This document shows, piece by piece, positions 28,422 through 38,975 of a stretch of DNA of 64,000 bases. Each line of letters starts with the position of its first letter. Position 1 is the first letter of the stretch. Made by a program: the position numbers and the translations under genes. The stretch comes from Candidatus Poribacteria bacterium (GTDB lineage Bacteria; Poribacteria; WGA-4E; WGA-3G). The stretch lies in contig OZ240248.1 in the NCBI GenBank assembly GCA_965198235.1, forward strand, positions 5,057,292-5,121,291. Direction: 5' to 3'. The notes under the pieces were generated by a model, which saw only the letters and a program-made list of their open reading frames with translations, did not search any database and was not told the DNA's origin.

Positions 28422-29859
28422 TGGATAACACCCGCGTCAAAATTTGATTTACGAGTTGCGGATTTGCTTTGCCGCGAGTGGCACGCATTACCTGTCCTAC
28501 AAGAAACCCGATCGCTTTCTTTGTGCCGTCACGGTAATCTTGAGCGGGACCGGGATTTTCTTCCACCACTTGCAAGACGATGCCTTCTATCTCGGAGGTG
28601 TCCGTAATTTGTGCCAATCCCTTTTCGGAAACAATCTGTTTCGGCATTTTACCCGTTTCAAAGGCATCGTCAAGTACAGATTTGGCAATTTTACCGCTGA
28701 TGGTCGCATCCCCAATTAACTGGATGAGTTCATTGAGGTGTGCGGGTGTGACCTTCGAGTCATGGATATCAATTTCTGCTGTGTTTAGGAGCCGCGTCAG
28801 ATCTCCCATAATCCAGTTTGCACAGGCGGTGGGTTCACCACTGAGTCGAGCGGCTTCGTCGAAGAATTCAGCGAGAGGTCGGGTGTTTGTCAGGAATTCT
28901 GCGTTTTCGGGCGAAATGTCGTAGTCCGAAATGAACCGTTTCCGGCGGGCAGCGGGGAGTTCGGGAAGCGTTGGCTGGATATTCTCAACCCATTCATCAC
29001 TTACCTGGACATGAACAAGGTCGGGTTCAGGGAAATAGCGATAGTCGTCAGCTTCTTCTTTACCTCGCATCGCGACGGTCTTGCCCGTGCTTGCGTCAAA
29101 TAGGAGTGTCTCTTGGACGACCTCCTCGCCAGCATCTAAAATTCGAGCCTGCCGTTTCACCTCGTATTCCATCGCCTCGATCAACTCCTGGAACGAGTTT
29201 TTGTTCTTAATCTCTGTGCGCGTTCCCAATTCTTTACTCCCTTTGAGGCGCAGGGAGAGGTTCGGTTCACATCGCAGGCTTCCCTCTTCCATGTTGCAGT
29301 CGCTAACTTCAATATACTCTAAAATTTCCTTAACTGCACGACAATAGGCGATGGCTTCCGCGGGAGAATGCAATTCTGGTTCGCTAACAATTTCAAGGAG
29401 TGGCACACCGGCACGATTGAAGTCCATGAAGCTCCGGGTTGGATCACCTGTGACTTCGGCGTGAATGGATTTCCCCGCGTCCTCTTCCAGATGAATTCTA
29501 CGGAGGGCGACGGTACGGAGTTCGCCCTCAAATTCAAACGTTACCTGTCCGTTTTGACACAACGGAATGTCATATTGTGAGATTTGGTAGTTCTTGGGCA
29601 GATCTGGATAGAAATAGTTCTTCCGATCAAATTTACTGGAAGTCGTGATTTTACATTCCATCGCCAAGCCGGCACGAACCGCAAATTCAACAGCGCGTCT
29701 ATTGACGACCGGTAATGTTCCCGGCATCCCTAAACAGATTGGACACGTACAGTCATTCGCCGAAGCACCGAAGATATAGGCACAATTACAGAAAAGTTTG
29801 CTTTCTGTGCACAATTCGGCGTGGATTTCCAAACCGATAACTATTTCGTATTTTTCCAT
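28414..29859 (-). CDS. gatB: Asp/Glu-tRNA amidotransferase subunit B
   Basis: IGLEIHAEL, FDRKNYFYPDLPK, IHLEEDAGK and DYRYFPEPD. Confidence 0.98.
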   Translation of the reverse strand: MEKYEIVIGLEIHAELCTESKLFCNCAYIFGASANDCTCPICLGMPGTLPVVNRRAVEFAVRAGLAMECKITTSSKFDRKNYFYPDLPKNYQISQYDIPLCQNGQVTFEFEGELRTVALRRIHLEEDAGKSIHAEVTGDPTRSFMDFNRAGVPLLEIVSEPELHSPAEAIAYCRAVKEILEYIEVSDCNMEEGSLRCEPNLSLRLKGSKELGTRTEIKNKNSFQELIEAMEYEVKRQARILDAGEEVVQETLLFDASTGKTVAMRGKEEADDYRYFPEPDLVHVQVSDEWVENIQPTLPELPAARRKRFISDYDISPENAEFLTNTRPLAEFFDEAARLSGEPTACANWIMGDLTRLLNTAEIDIHDSKVTPAHLNELIQLIGDATISGKIAKSVLDDAFETGKMPKQIVSEKGLAQITDTSEIEGIVLQVVEENPGPAQDYRDGTKKAIGFLVGQVMRATRGKANPQLVNQILTRVLSID

Positions 29860-30035
29860 TTTTTTAACAATTCACCAAGTGTTCGATAAGGCAAGTTTGG
29901 CATGAATGCCCCACGCCGTAAACCCGCAATGAATGTTGTTCATTGCTAAACGCTTTCGCTGGCTTTTTTAGCAATTCGCAAGGCGTTCGTTGGGGAGCAT
30001 TGGGCATGAACATAGGTCTCCGTATATCCAATTGG

Positions 30036-30806
30036 CTAACGTTTTGAAGACAATTCGTTAACGACGGTAACGTTCGCTTCCACTTCGCTCTCCGAGGTCA
30101 TACCGATAGTCATGGCATGCACACATGGGAGTCCCATCACGAATTCGATTGCCTCGCGTTGACCCGTCGCGTCTTCCGCCAATTTTCCCTGTCCCAGCAC
30201 TTTCATCCCATAGATGCCTTTTCCCACGAATGCCATCTGTTCCATTGTGCGGATGACATCGGCAGGGGATGCGTCCATGTGAACGCCGGCGTAATTAATC
30301 CGAGCCAAGACAACGTCAACCCATTCCGTCATCGCTGATGTTTGGAAGGCACCGTAATCGTGGCAGGATACGCCGTGTGCGCGAATCAATCCCTGCTCTT
30401 TGCAACGGGCGAGTGCTTCCATCGCATCTGGATACCGTTGTGGCCAGTCTACTTGTGTGAGACAGTGGAGTAGGACAATATCTACATAGTCAGAGCCTAT
30501 TTCCCTGAGAAATCGCTTTACATCTGCTTCTACGGTCTCTCGCGTTCGGGATGTCGTCTTTGTGGTGATAGTGACACTCTCACGCGCTACCTCTTTAAGT
30601 GCTGCTTTAACATGCGGGTGACTTCCGTACTGATCTGCGGAATCCCAAAACGTTACGCCCTTTCCGTGTGAGAACAACAGTAAATCACGTAAAGCTTCAA
30701 ATCCCAAATCTGTCTGATTTGAGCGACCATTCCAACCATTGGATCCAGTCCCGATCGAAAGCCGTGAAACATTTAAACCTGTTTTCCCAAGTGCTACAAT
30801 TTCCAT
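30036..30806 (-). CDS. Aldo/keto reductase
   Basis: LGKTGLNVSRLSIG, WDSADQYG, TKT, DIVLLH and GVSCH. Confidence 0.9.
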   Translation of the reverse strand: MEIVALGKTGLNVSRLSIGTGSNGWNGRSNQTDLGFEALRDLLLFSHGKGVTFWDSADQYGSHPHVKAALKEVARESVTITTKTTSRTRETVEADVKRFLREIGSDYVDIVLLHCLTQVDWPQRYPDAMEALARCKEQGLIRAHGVSCHDYGAFQTSAMTEWVDVVLARINYAGVHMDASPADVIRTMEQMAFVGKGIYGMKVLGQGKLAEDATGQREAIEFVMGLPCVHAMTIGMTSESEVEANVTVVNELSSKR

Positions 30807-31039
30807 TTCTATTCTCCTCTCAGTGGATTAAGCTTCTATTAAGTATAGCGTAACGTCTCCCAATTTGGCAAATGATTTCTGGAATTCGCGAGACGGAATG
30901 TCGTTATTCACTTTTTTTGTTGCTTTTCGCCTTTAAGAGACGTTACAATTCAATTATGATAAGAGGATCCGGAAAAATCTATGTTTATTTCAATTGAATC
31001 CACAGTAACTCACATGAGGAGGACCCAAAAAAGGGCGAA

Positions 31040-33319
31040 ATGAAATATATGAAGTCTTTTAGCAGAAACCGAATTCAGTCCAACAATAAATCAGGTTCGG
31101 GAACTGCGTTATATTCCATCATAATCCGAAAGTTATTTTTAAGTTTGCTTGTGTTGGCTTATGGATGCTTCGCCATCGGGGTGCAGGCTTCAGGTGATGA
31201 AGAATATAGTGCCGCGTGGCAAGAAGCCTTTGCATTGATTGATAAAGGGAACCGCAAAAAAGCAGCCTTGAAACTCGAGGCTTTATTGCAAACCGATCTG
31301 TCTGAGTCAAAAAAGCGTGAGATTCATCATGCCCTCGGCTATAACTATGAAAAACTTCGCAACCGTCCGAAGGCAGTTGGGCATTATGCGCGAGTTGCTT
31401 CGGTTAGTTATCCGCTGGCAGATCGTGCTGTCTATCGCTTAGCACGACTTTATGAAGGTATGAATAACAGAACACGGGCGATAAAGTGGTACACGCAGCT
31501 CGTCAAGGATTATCCCACGAGTTTTTATTTTGTGGAGGCGAAGTGGGCTTTAGCACAACTTCATCTGGAAGAGAAGCAGTACGCGTCCGCGAAGTCTCTA
31601 TTGGTCGAACTCGTTGAGCAGCCTCGCTATGCGAGAGAAGTCAGTTTTGCTTTGGCACGCTGTAATGAAGAGCTCGGCGACATTCTTAGGGCATTCAACA
31701 CTTATCACGAACTCATTAGGGAAAAGCACTCAGATAGCGTTGCTCGTGAGGCACTCGATCGACTCAAGCGGCTTGTGAGAGCGAATAGGACTCTAAAGCT
31801 TACTCCAACCGACCGGCTTCATTGTGGTTTGGTATCTTTTTCTCATAAACAGTGGAAGGCCGCCGTAGCGGACTTGGAATTAATTCCTAAGACTGTGGAT
31901 TTGAACCTACGGGCACATGCGCTCTATCTTATCGGACGAAGTTATCAGGGGCGGAAATGGTATAATACAGCAATTAAGAAATTCAATGCTGTCATTGCGC
32001 TCGGTGATAAAAGCGAGTATCTTACGCGCGCGACTTATCAAATAGCCCAGTGTTATCGTCGGAAAGGACATATTAGAACTGCCATCAGCAAGCTAGAGAG
32101 TTTCGTGAAAACTTATGCGTGGAGCGAGTTAGTAGACGATACATTGTATGATATCGCTCAACTCCGAGAAAAACAAGGTAAATCGGAGTTAGCACTCGAT
32201 GCGTATTCACGTTTAATTGAGGTGGCACCGAACAGTCCCTACGCCGATATTGCGGCGTGGCGAACTGGCTGGCAGCGTTTTGATGAACGCCGCTATGAAG
32301 AGAGTTACAATGCTTTCAAAGGCTTGAAGGAGAACTTCCCTGGAAATCGCTATGCGATGGGCGCGCACTTTTGGATGGCAAAGATACGTGAACGACAGAA
32401 CAAACCCGTACTCGCGCGAAAACTGTACAAAGAAGTGGCAGAAGCACGGTATTGGTACTACTCAGCAAGGGCAAAAGCGATTTTAGGTATGGCTACGTCC
32501 GAGTTGGAGCCGAAAGCCATTCAGGATTCGGAATTACCGGTGCGTCAGGCATGTCCGCAACAGGTGTCACTGTTGATGAAACTCAGGCTCTACGAAGATG
32601 CGATCGCGCAGTTAAACGAGCACATCAACACTACCTCGCTCTCTGAACAAGAGTGTTTTTATAATTTGATTACCTGTTATGAAGGACTCGCGATGTACGA
32701 TAAGGCACGAAAGGTGACCGAGCAGTCTCTTGAAAGTCCTGCTTTTGCAAATGCAACGCGGGCAGATTTAGAGAAACTCCATCGAAAACTCTATCCTCGT
32801 TATTATGCTGGCGCGGTTGAGAAATATGCCAAATTGTATAACGTGGACACCTTCTTAATTGCCGCCATGATTTTGGAGGAAAGCCGATACAACGCGAAGG
32901 CGGTTAGTTGGGCAGGCGCGATCGGATTGATGCAGATTATGCCGGCTACTGGAAGGGAACTCGCCCAGCAGCTCAAAATCCGCCGCTTCCGAACCTCAAT
33001 GCTCAAGCAACCCGACGTGAATATTCAAATGGGGACGAAGTATATCGGGTATCTCAACTCGCTGTTCAATGACAACACGATGCTGGTGACTGGCGCGTAT
33101 AACGGTGGTCCTGGACGGATGAAGCGGTGGGTGGCTTCCAGAGATATTGCAGACATTGATGAATTTGTTGAGAAAATTACTATCCGAGAAACCCGACTTC
33201 ATATCAAGAAAGTTATTGACAGTTACGATAACTATGTAGAAATTTATAAGAATGCGAGCGAGCCCCCTGCTGTGAATTCGGCAACAGGGATTGTACCAAA
33301 ACGATTAGAGGGGTTTTAG
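31040..33319 (+). CDS. Soluble lytic transglycosylase with TPR repeats (Slt70-like)
   Basis: TPR array, then ILEESRY, GAIGLMQIMPATG, AYNGGPG and ETRLHIKKV. Confidence 0.92.
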   Translation: MKYMKSFSRNRIQSNNKSGSGTALYSIIIRKLFLSLLVLAYGCFAIGVQASGDEEYSAAWQEAFALIDKGNRKKAALKLEALLQTDLSESKKREIHHALGYNYEKLRNRPKAVGHYARVASVSYPLADRAVYRLARLYEGMNNRTRAIKWYTQLVKDYPTSFYFVEAKWALAQLHLEEKQYASAKSLLVELVEQPRYAREVSFALARCNEELGDILRAFNTYHELIREKHSDSVAREALDRLKRLVRANRTLKLTPTDRLHCGLVSFSHKQWKAAVADLELIPKTVDLNLRAHALYLIGRSYQGRKWYNTAIKKFNAVIALGDKSEYLTRATYQIAQCYRRKGHIRTAISKLESFVKTYAWSELVDDTLYDIAQLREKQGKSELALDAYSRLIEVAPNSPYADIAAWRTGWQRFDERRYEESYNAFKGLKENFPGNRYAMGAHFWMAKIRERQNKPVLARKLYKEVAEARYWYYSARAKAILGMATSELEPKAIQDSELPVRQACPQQVSLLMKLRLYEDAIAQLNEHINTTSLSEQECFYNLITCYEGLAMYDKARKVTEQSLESPAFANATRADLEKLHRKLYPRYYAGAVEKYAKLYNVDTFLIAAMILEESRYNAKAVSWAGAIGLMQIMPATGRELAQQLKIRRFRTSMLKQPDVNIQMGTKYIGYLNSLFNDNTMLVTGAYNGGPGRMKRWVASRDIADIDEFVEKITIRETRLHIKKVIDSYDNYVEIYKNASEPPAVNSATGIVPKRLEGF

Positions 33320-33333
33320 AAAAGGATTTGTTA

Positions 33334-33359
33334 GTCAGAAAAAAGGGGCTCTTTCTGAC
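33334..33359. terminator. Hairpin between the convergent slt and nadB genes
   Basis: GTCAGAAA...TTTCTGAC stem. Confidence 0.4.
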
Positions 33360-33401
33360 AACCCACGACTATTTGGTTTGCTATCGCGAGAATGTTTTGG
33401 G

Positions 33402-35066
33402 CTACAAGGAGATCACTTCCGGTGGATTATCGCTCTTGATAAGAATTCGGCAGTGCCAGTCGGTATCGTCTGGCATCGGAAAATCAGCACGGTAGTGCGC
33501 ACCGCGACTTTCGGTTCGCGCAAGTGCTGATTCCGTTATCATTAAGGCAACATTGAGCATATTGACTGCTTCAACCAGGGCAATATCACTTGGTGCTGGT
33601 GTTGCTGGCACGTTCCCAAAATTTGCGGTTAAATCTTGCAATTCGGCGAGGGTTTGTCTCAAACCCTCGCCGTTTCGTTCAATACTCACATTTTCCCAGA
33701 GGGTCTCCCGGATTGCGTCCTTTATCGCTTCGATAGAAGCTAAATCTACCTCAATATGTGGCGTTTGAGATGTCTCTGTATTACCGGCGAGTAATATATC
33801 TGGTAGGTGAGAAGATTGTAATGAGGCGAACATTGCTGCGTTTGTGCCAGCGCGAGCACCGTAGACAAGGCACTCCAGAAGAGAATTGCTTGCCAAACGG
33901 TTCGCACCGTGCACGCCAGTGCAGGCAACTTCGCCACACGCATAGAGTCCTTTGAGGTTCGTTTCTGTATCGGTGTTCGTGCGGACGCCTCCCATCATAA
34001 AGTGGGCACCGGGACGAACCGGAATTAAGTCAACGCTGATGTCTAATCCATAGCGTGTAGTGGTGTCGGAGATCGTTGGGAATCGCTCGTGGATAAACTC
34101 GGTAGGTTTATGTGTAATGTCGAGATAGACGCACGGAAATCTTGTCAATTCCATTTCTATCTGGATCGCACGACTGACAACATCGCGAGGCGCGAGTTCA
34201 CCTTTCTCGTGGTATTTTTCCATAAAACGTTCGCCACGAATGTTGATGAGTTGGCCGCCTTCACCACGAACTGCTTCTGAGATTAAAAAGTTAGGAGCAC
34301 CGTCCAAGTAGAGCGTTGTTGGATGAAACTGGACGAATTCCATATCGACCATTTCGCATCCAGCGCGCCATGCTGCAGCGAACCCATCGCCGGTTGCCAC
34401 TTTTGGGTTGGAGGTGCAAGGGTAGATGCGTCCGAGACCACCCGTTGCAAGAATCGTGGCTCTTGCACGAATACAGAATACTTCTTCGTCTACAATTGCG
34501 GTAACGCCGTAGCAAGTGACGGTTTCTTCACGCCCTTTGGTGATCTCTGCATCTGTCAGGAGATCAATGGCAAATGTGTTTTGTAAGACGTGAATGTTTT
34601 CAGTGTTAAGCACGCGCTGAATGAGGACATCCGTTGTCTCACGTCCGGTTGCATCTCCTTTGTGGACGATACGCCGACGGCTATGCGCGGCTTCTTGCGT
34701 AAAGCGCGGCAGTGTGCCTTCCCAATCAAAGTTCGCACCCCAGTCAAGCAATTCAGCGACGCGTGGAATACCTTCGGATACCATCATCTCAACGGCTTCG
34801 ACATCGCAGAGTCCCGCGCCAGCTGTGCAGGTATCCTTTATGTGCAAGGCAATCGTGTCATCAAGGTTCATAGCAACTGCGATGCCACCTTGGGCGTAGT
34901 GTGTGTTGCTCTCTGTCAGTGTGGTTTTGGTGATTAACGTCACATTCGCGTGCTCACTCGCAGCGAGAGCCGCGCGTAACCCCGCAGCACCGCTACCGAT
35001 GATTAGGACATCCGTGTCCCAGCCTGAATGCCGCTCTGGATTCACCGTAGATGTTGGATTTTCCAT
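33402..35066 (-). CDS. nadB: L-aspartate oxidase
   Basis: GSGAAGL, AQGGIA, EFVQFHPT, LISEAVRGEG, HGANRLASNSLLE and ESRGAH. Confidence 0.96.
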   Translation of the reverse strand: MENPTSTVNPERHSGWDTDVLIIGSGAAGLRAALAASEHANVTLITKTTLTESNTHYAQGGIAVAMNLDDTIALHIKDTCTAGAGLCDVEAVEMMVSEGIPRVAELLDWGANFDWEGTLPRFTQEAAHSRRRIVHKGDATGRETTDVLIQRVLNTENIHVLQNTFAIDLLTDAEITKGREETVTCYGVTAIVDEEVFCIRARATILATGGLGRIYPCTSNPKVATGDGFAAAWRAGCEMVDMEFVQFHPTTLYLDGAPNFLISEAVRGEGGQLINIRGERFMEKYHEKGELAPRDVVSRAIQIEMELTRFPCVYLDITHKPTEFIHERFPTISDTTTRYGLDISVDLIPVRPGAHFMMGGVRTNTDTETNLKGLYACGEVACTGVHGANRLASNSLLECLVYGARAGTNAAMFASLQSSHLPDILLAGNTETSQTPHIEVDLASIEAIKDAIRETLWENVSIERNGEGLRQTLAELQDLTANFGNVPATPAPSDIALVEAVNMLNVALMITESALARTESRGAHYRADFPMPDDTDWHCRILIKSDNPPEVISL

Positions 35067-35218
35067 TTTCTAACGATAGGCCCCTGGGCATCGCTCCACT
35101 TCGTTTCGCGATGGTTTCTGATTAATTTCAACGCGATCCAAGAATGTGCGGTTTTTTACGTAAGACTTTCCGACCAAAGCCTGCCTCACAATTTTACGAA
35201 AGATTCCTTTTTTTGCTC

Positions 35219-35650
35219 TTACTGAGTTGATGCCTTCGGAGCGAAACTCTCACTGACCGGCATCACCTTACCCGTCCCAGTAGCGATAAGGGTGCCATCA
35301 CCGAGCGTAACTGCTGCTTTCGCCTCCACTAACCTTTTTGAAACCTTAATACGCTCCGCGCAGACATGGAGTTTCACGCAGGTTGGTGCTGGATTGCGGA
35401 AACGGACTTCAAGTTGTGCTGTTACTGCGGGTTGATCAAAGGTACTTATCCCGACATAGGTAATCGCTTCATCTAATAGCGTGCTGAGGATACCCCCGTG
35501 TAGAATGTTCGCCCAACCTTGCAAGTGTTCGGCGGGTGTACATTCAATATGGACGAATTCGCCTCCGTTCTTAATTTCAGGTTTTACCTGAAAGCCGAAT
35601 GGATTTTTCATACCACAAACAAAGCAGTTGTCGTTATTTTCAATTGCCAT
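35219..35650 (-). CDS. PaaI-family hotdog thioesterase
   Basis: CFVCGMKNPFG and HGGILSTLLDE; start overlaps the valS stop. Confidence 0.88.
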   Translation of the reverse strand: MAIENNDNCFVCGMKNPFGFQVKPEIKNGGEFVHIECTPAEHLQGWANILHGGILSTLLDEAITYVGISTFDQPAVTAQLEVRFRNPAPTCVKLHVCAERIKVSKRLVEAKAAVTLGDGTLIATGTGKVMPVSESFAPKASTQ

Positions 35651-38318
35651 TTCCGCTTCCTGACTCAGTGAGCATTGCAAGGCTTCGTGCTAATTTTTCT
35701 TCTTCCGTCAGCATCCGCTCAAGTTGTGCTCTCTTTTGTGCAACGACTTTTTCAGGGGCACGCTGAATGAAATTCGGATTATCTAAAGTCTTCTGTGCTG
35801 CCGTGACATCTTTAACCACCTGCTGATGTCGTTTGCTAAGCCTTGCATGTTCGGCATCCAGATCGATTATATCGGCAAGTGGGATATAGATAGCGAGTTC
35901 ACCGATAACGGCTTCTGCTGAAGCACGGGGTTTAGACAGAGACTCGGCGATAGCAATGTCTGCTACGCGTGTAAAGGCTGGCAAGTACTGTGCCAAGTAT
36001 GCTTCAAGTCGTTCACGCACTTCAGCATTTGGCGATTGGATATGAACCTCTACTGACGCGCCGATCGGAACATTCAACTCGCCTCGGATGCTTCGGACAC
36101 TCTCGATGACTTCCATGAGTGTTGCCATGGTGGCTTCTGCTTTCGGATTTTCGTCTATTGGCTCTGGCCATAAGGAAACTGTTACCGAACCTGCTTCGGA
36201 AGATTCGCTTCTGCCGCCACTGTGCGGGAGTTGTTGCCAAATCTCTTCGGTCAAGAAAGGCATCAAAGGATGGAGAAGCCGCATTGTCTGCTCCAGAACA
36301 TCCGTTGCTACCCAAAGTGCCTCTGGTTCATTTTGTGAGACTCGCTGTTTGGCAAATTCCAGGTACCAATCGCAGAATTCATGCCAAAGGAAGGCGTAGA
36401 GTGTTTGTGCCGCTTCATGGAAACGGAAGTTCTCGAAAGCATCGGTTATTGTTGTGATGGTGTGGCTAAGACGGCTGCGTATCCAAGCGATTTCTAACGT
36501 TTCCTGTTCAGTTTCTACAGCATCCATCCTTGCGGGAACAGGATGTTTTTCTAAGTTCATCAGAATGAACCGGGCTGCATTCCAAATTTTGTTAGCAAAT
36601 CGCTTACCTGCCTCAATCTGCGATTCTGGGAGGGGAACATAAGGATTTGGGGTGCTTGCATTGACGAGAGCAAAGCGGAATGCATCCGTTCCATAGGTGC
36701 CAATTGTCTCTAACGGATCAATGCTGTTTCCCTTCGATTTGCTCATTTTCTGTCCCTTTTCATCAGCAACAAGTCCATGCAGGTAAACGGTGCGGAACGG
36801 TACTTCGTCCATACACCCTAATCCGAGCATAATCATTCTTGCGACCCAGAAGAAGAGGATGTCCCAGCCGGTTACAAGGACGGAGGTCGGATAAAAAGTC
36901 TTCAGTTCCTTCGTATTTTCTGGCCATCCCATAGTAGAGAAGGGCCACAACCCTGAGCTGAACCATGTATCCAGAACGTCTTCTTCCTGACGAAAATCGG
37001 AGGCTCCGCATTCGCACTGCTGAGGTGTTTCCACGGCAGCGGTGACTGCTTCACATGCGTTACAGTACCATATTGGGAGTCGATGTCCCCACCACCGTTG
37101 ACGTGAGATGGGCCAGGGTTCGATGTTCTCCATCCAATGATAAAAGTGCGTAGTTTCCCGCTCTGGAATGAACTTGACTTCGCCTTTTTTCGTTGCTTCT
37201 ATGGCGCGCTGCGCGAGTGGACGAACATTCATAAACCATTGCAGCGATATAGCAGGTTCAACAATTGTACCGCATCGGTCATGATGTCCAACGGCGTGCC
37301 GATGTGGCACAATCTTGACGAGATAATCTAAGTTCCGCAGATCTTCCACGACACGTTTGCGGCAATCCCATCGGGACAAGCCGACGTATTTTTTGGGGGC
37401 GTTTTCGTTTATATATCCATCTCGCGCGAAAATCGTGAGCTGTTCGAGATTGTGTCGTCCGCCAATTTCATAGTCGTTAGTATCATGCGCTGGTGTAACT
37501 TTCAAAGCACCCGTACCGAATTCTCTATCCACATACACGTCCGCGATTATCGGAATCTCTCTGTTGCAGAGCGGTAGAAGTGCTGTTTTTCCAATCAAGT
37601 GTTGATAACGTTCATCTTCAGGGTGCACAGCAACAGCGGTGTCGCCTAACATTGTTTCTGGACGCGTTGTGGCAATTTCGAGCACGACATCACTGTCCTT
37701 AACTGGATAGTGGATGTGATAAAAGTTTCCGTCTATCTCTATCGGTTCGACTTCAAGGTTACTGAGGACGGTGTTGCAGTGTGGACACCAATTTGCCATA
37801 TACGTATCGCGATAGATAAGCCCTTGATTGTAGAGTTTGACAAAAGCGGTGCGGACGGCTTTCGAGAGACCGTCATCGAGTGTAAAGCGCTCGCGTTCCC
37901 AATCACAAGAGCATCCGAGTTGTTGAAGTTGCGAGACAATGTAACCGGCAGATTCATCTTTCCACTGCCACATGCGTTCGATGAATTTTTCGCGTCCAAG
38001 ATCGGTTCTGCTGGTGCCTTCTTCAGCGAGTTTTCGCTCCATAATAAGTTCAGTAACAATACCGGCGTGATCGGTACCGGGCATCCAGAGTGTGTTATAA
38101 CCTTGCATGCGTCGCCATCGGATGAGGCAATCTTGGAGTGTATTGTCGAGCGCGTGCCCGATGTGTAAACTACCCGTGATATTCGGTGGGGGTATCACGA
38201 TCGCATAAGGCGGTTTGTCAGAGGGTGCCTCTGCGTGAAAGTAGCCGTTTTTCTGCCAAAGTTGGTACCATTTCCCCTCAATTTCATGAGGGGTGTAGAT
38301 TTTTGGAAGGTTTGTCAT
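35640..38318 (-). CDS. valS: Valine--tRNA ligase
   Basis: PPPNITGSLHIGH, GTDHAGI, KMSKS and a C-terminal coiled coil. Confidence 0.98.
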   Translation of the reverse strand: MTNLPKIYTPHEIEGKWYQLWQKNGYFHAEAPSDKPPYAIVIPPPNITGSLHIGHALDNTLQDCLIRWRRMQGYNTLWMPGTDHAGIVTELIMERKLAEEGTSRTDLGREKFIERMWQWKDESAGYIVSQLQQLGCSCDWERERFTLDDGLSKAVRTAFVKLYNQGLIYRDTYMANWCPHCNTVLSNLEVEPIEIDGNFYHIHYPVKDSDVVLEIATTRPETMLGDTAVAVHPEDERYQHLIGKTALLPLCNREIPIIADVYVDREFGTGALKVTPAHDTNDYEIGGRHNLEQLTIFARDGYINENAPKKYVGLSRWDCRKRVVEDLRNLDYLVKIVPHRHAVGHHDRCGTIVEPAISLQWFMNVRPLAQRAIEATKKGEVKFIPERETTHFYHWMENIEPWPISRQRWWGHRLPIWYCNACEAVTAAVETPQQCECGASDFRQEEDVLDTWFSSGLWPFSTMGWPENTKELKTFYPTSVLVTGWDILFFWVARMIMLGLGCMDEVPFRTVYLHGLVADEKGQKMSKSKGNSIDPLETIGTYGTDAFRFALVNASTPNPYVPLPESQIEAGKRFANKIWNAARFILMNLEKHPVPARMDAVETEQETLEIAWIRSRLSHTITTITDAFENFRFHEAAQTLYAFLWHEFCDWYLEFAKQRVSQNEPEALWVATDVLEQTMRLLHPLMPFLTEEIWQQLPHSGGRSESSEAGSVTVSLWPEPIDENPKAEATMATLMEVIESVRSIRGELNVPIGASVEVHIQSPNAEVRERLEAYLAQYLPAFTRVADIAIAESLSKPRASAEAVIGELAIYIPLADIIDLDAEHARLSKRHQQVVKDVTAAQKTLDNPNFIQRAPEKVVAQKRAQLERMLTEEEKLARSLAMLTESGSGNGN

Positions 38319-38351
38319 GTTTTTCCAGACCTTTCTTTGCGAGTGGCACCG

Positions 38352-38909
38352 TTAGGCGAAGAGGGGTTCTACCCATCCGTATGTCCCTGTTGCCATTGCA
38401 TAAAGTAGATTTACCTGTCGCGTTTCGGCATTTAAAAACAGAAGAAATTCCGAATTCGAGGCTTGAAGTTCCGTTGTAGCTTCCGTCAGAGTCAGCGGTT
38501 TGGATGCAAATTTATCCTGTGTTGACACGACGACAGGAGTATCAATCCCTTCAACTTCCAGTGGTGTTTCCACCTCGTCCGGATTGAGCTGTGCCACCAC
38601 CTCCCGATGGGGCGCAATATTTCGACGGTCTTTCACCCGGTCCTTGTAACGCCGGATCTGGCTGATTATCTTATCCGTGACAGTGTCTAGCGTAGACAGT
38701 ACCTCATGAGTCTCACTTTTTGCATAGAATGACACGCGTGGAGCTGTCACTATCATCTCGGCATCAAAACGGTGTTTCTCAGATTTGAGAACGACATTTA
38801 GTTCCTGCATTCCGTCGAAACGTGCCTCAATTTTATCGGCGCGCTTGAGGATATACGCGTAAATATCATCAGTAATTTTTAAATTATGTCCGGAGTACGT
38901 TACTTTCAT
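38352..38909 (-). CDS. hpf: Ribosome hibernation promoting factor (long HPF)
   Basis: RaiA N-domain plus the KPLTLTEA...FLLFLNAET C-domain; follows rpoN. Confidence 0.9.
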   Translation of the reverse strand: MKVTYSGHNLKITDDIYAYILKRADKIEARFDGMQELNVVLKSEKHRFDAEMIVTAPRVSFYAKSETHEVLSTLDTVTDKIISQIRRYKDRVKDRRNIAPHREVVAQLNPDEVETPLEVEGIDTPVVVSTQDKFASKPLTLTEATTELQASNSEFLLFLNAETRQVNLLYAMATGTYGWVEPLFA

Positions 38910-38975
38910 TGCGATCCTCCTGTTTTTCCTTTTTAATAGTTCCGAAAATGCTTTTTCTTTGTTAAGAATTCAAAG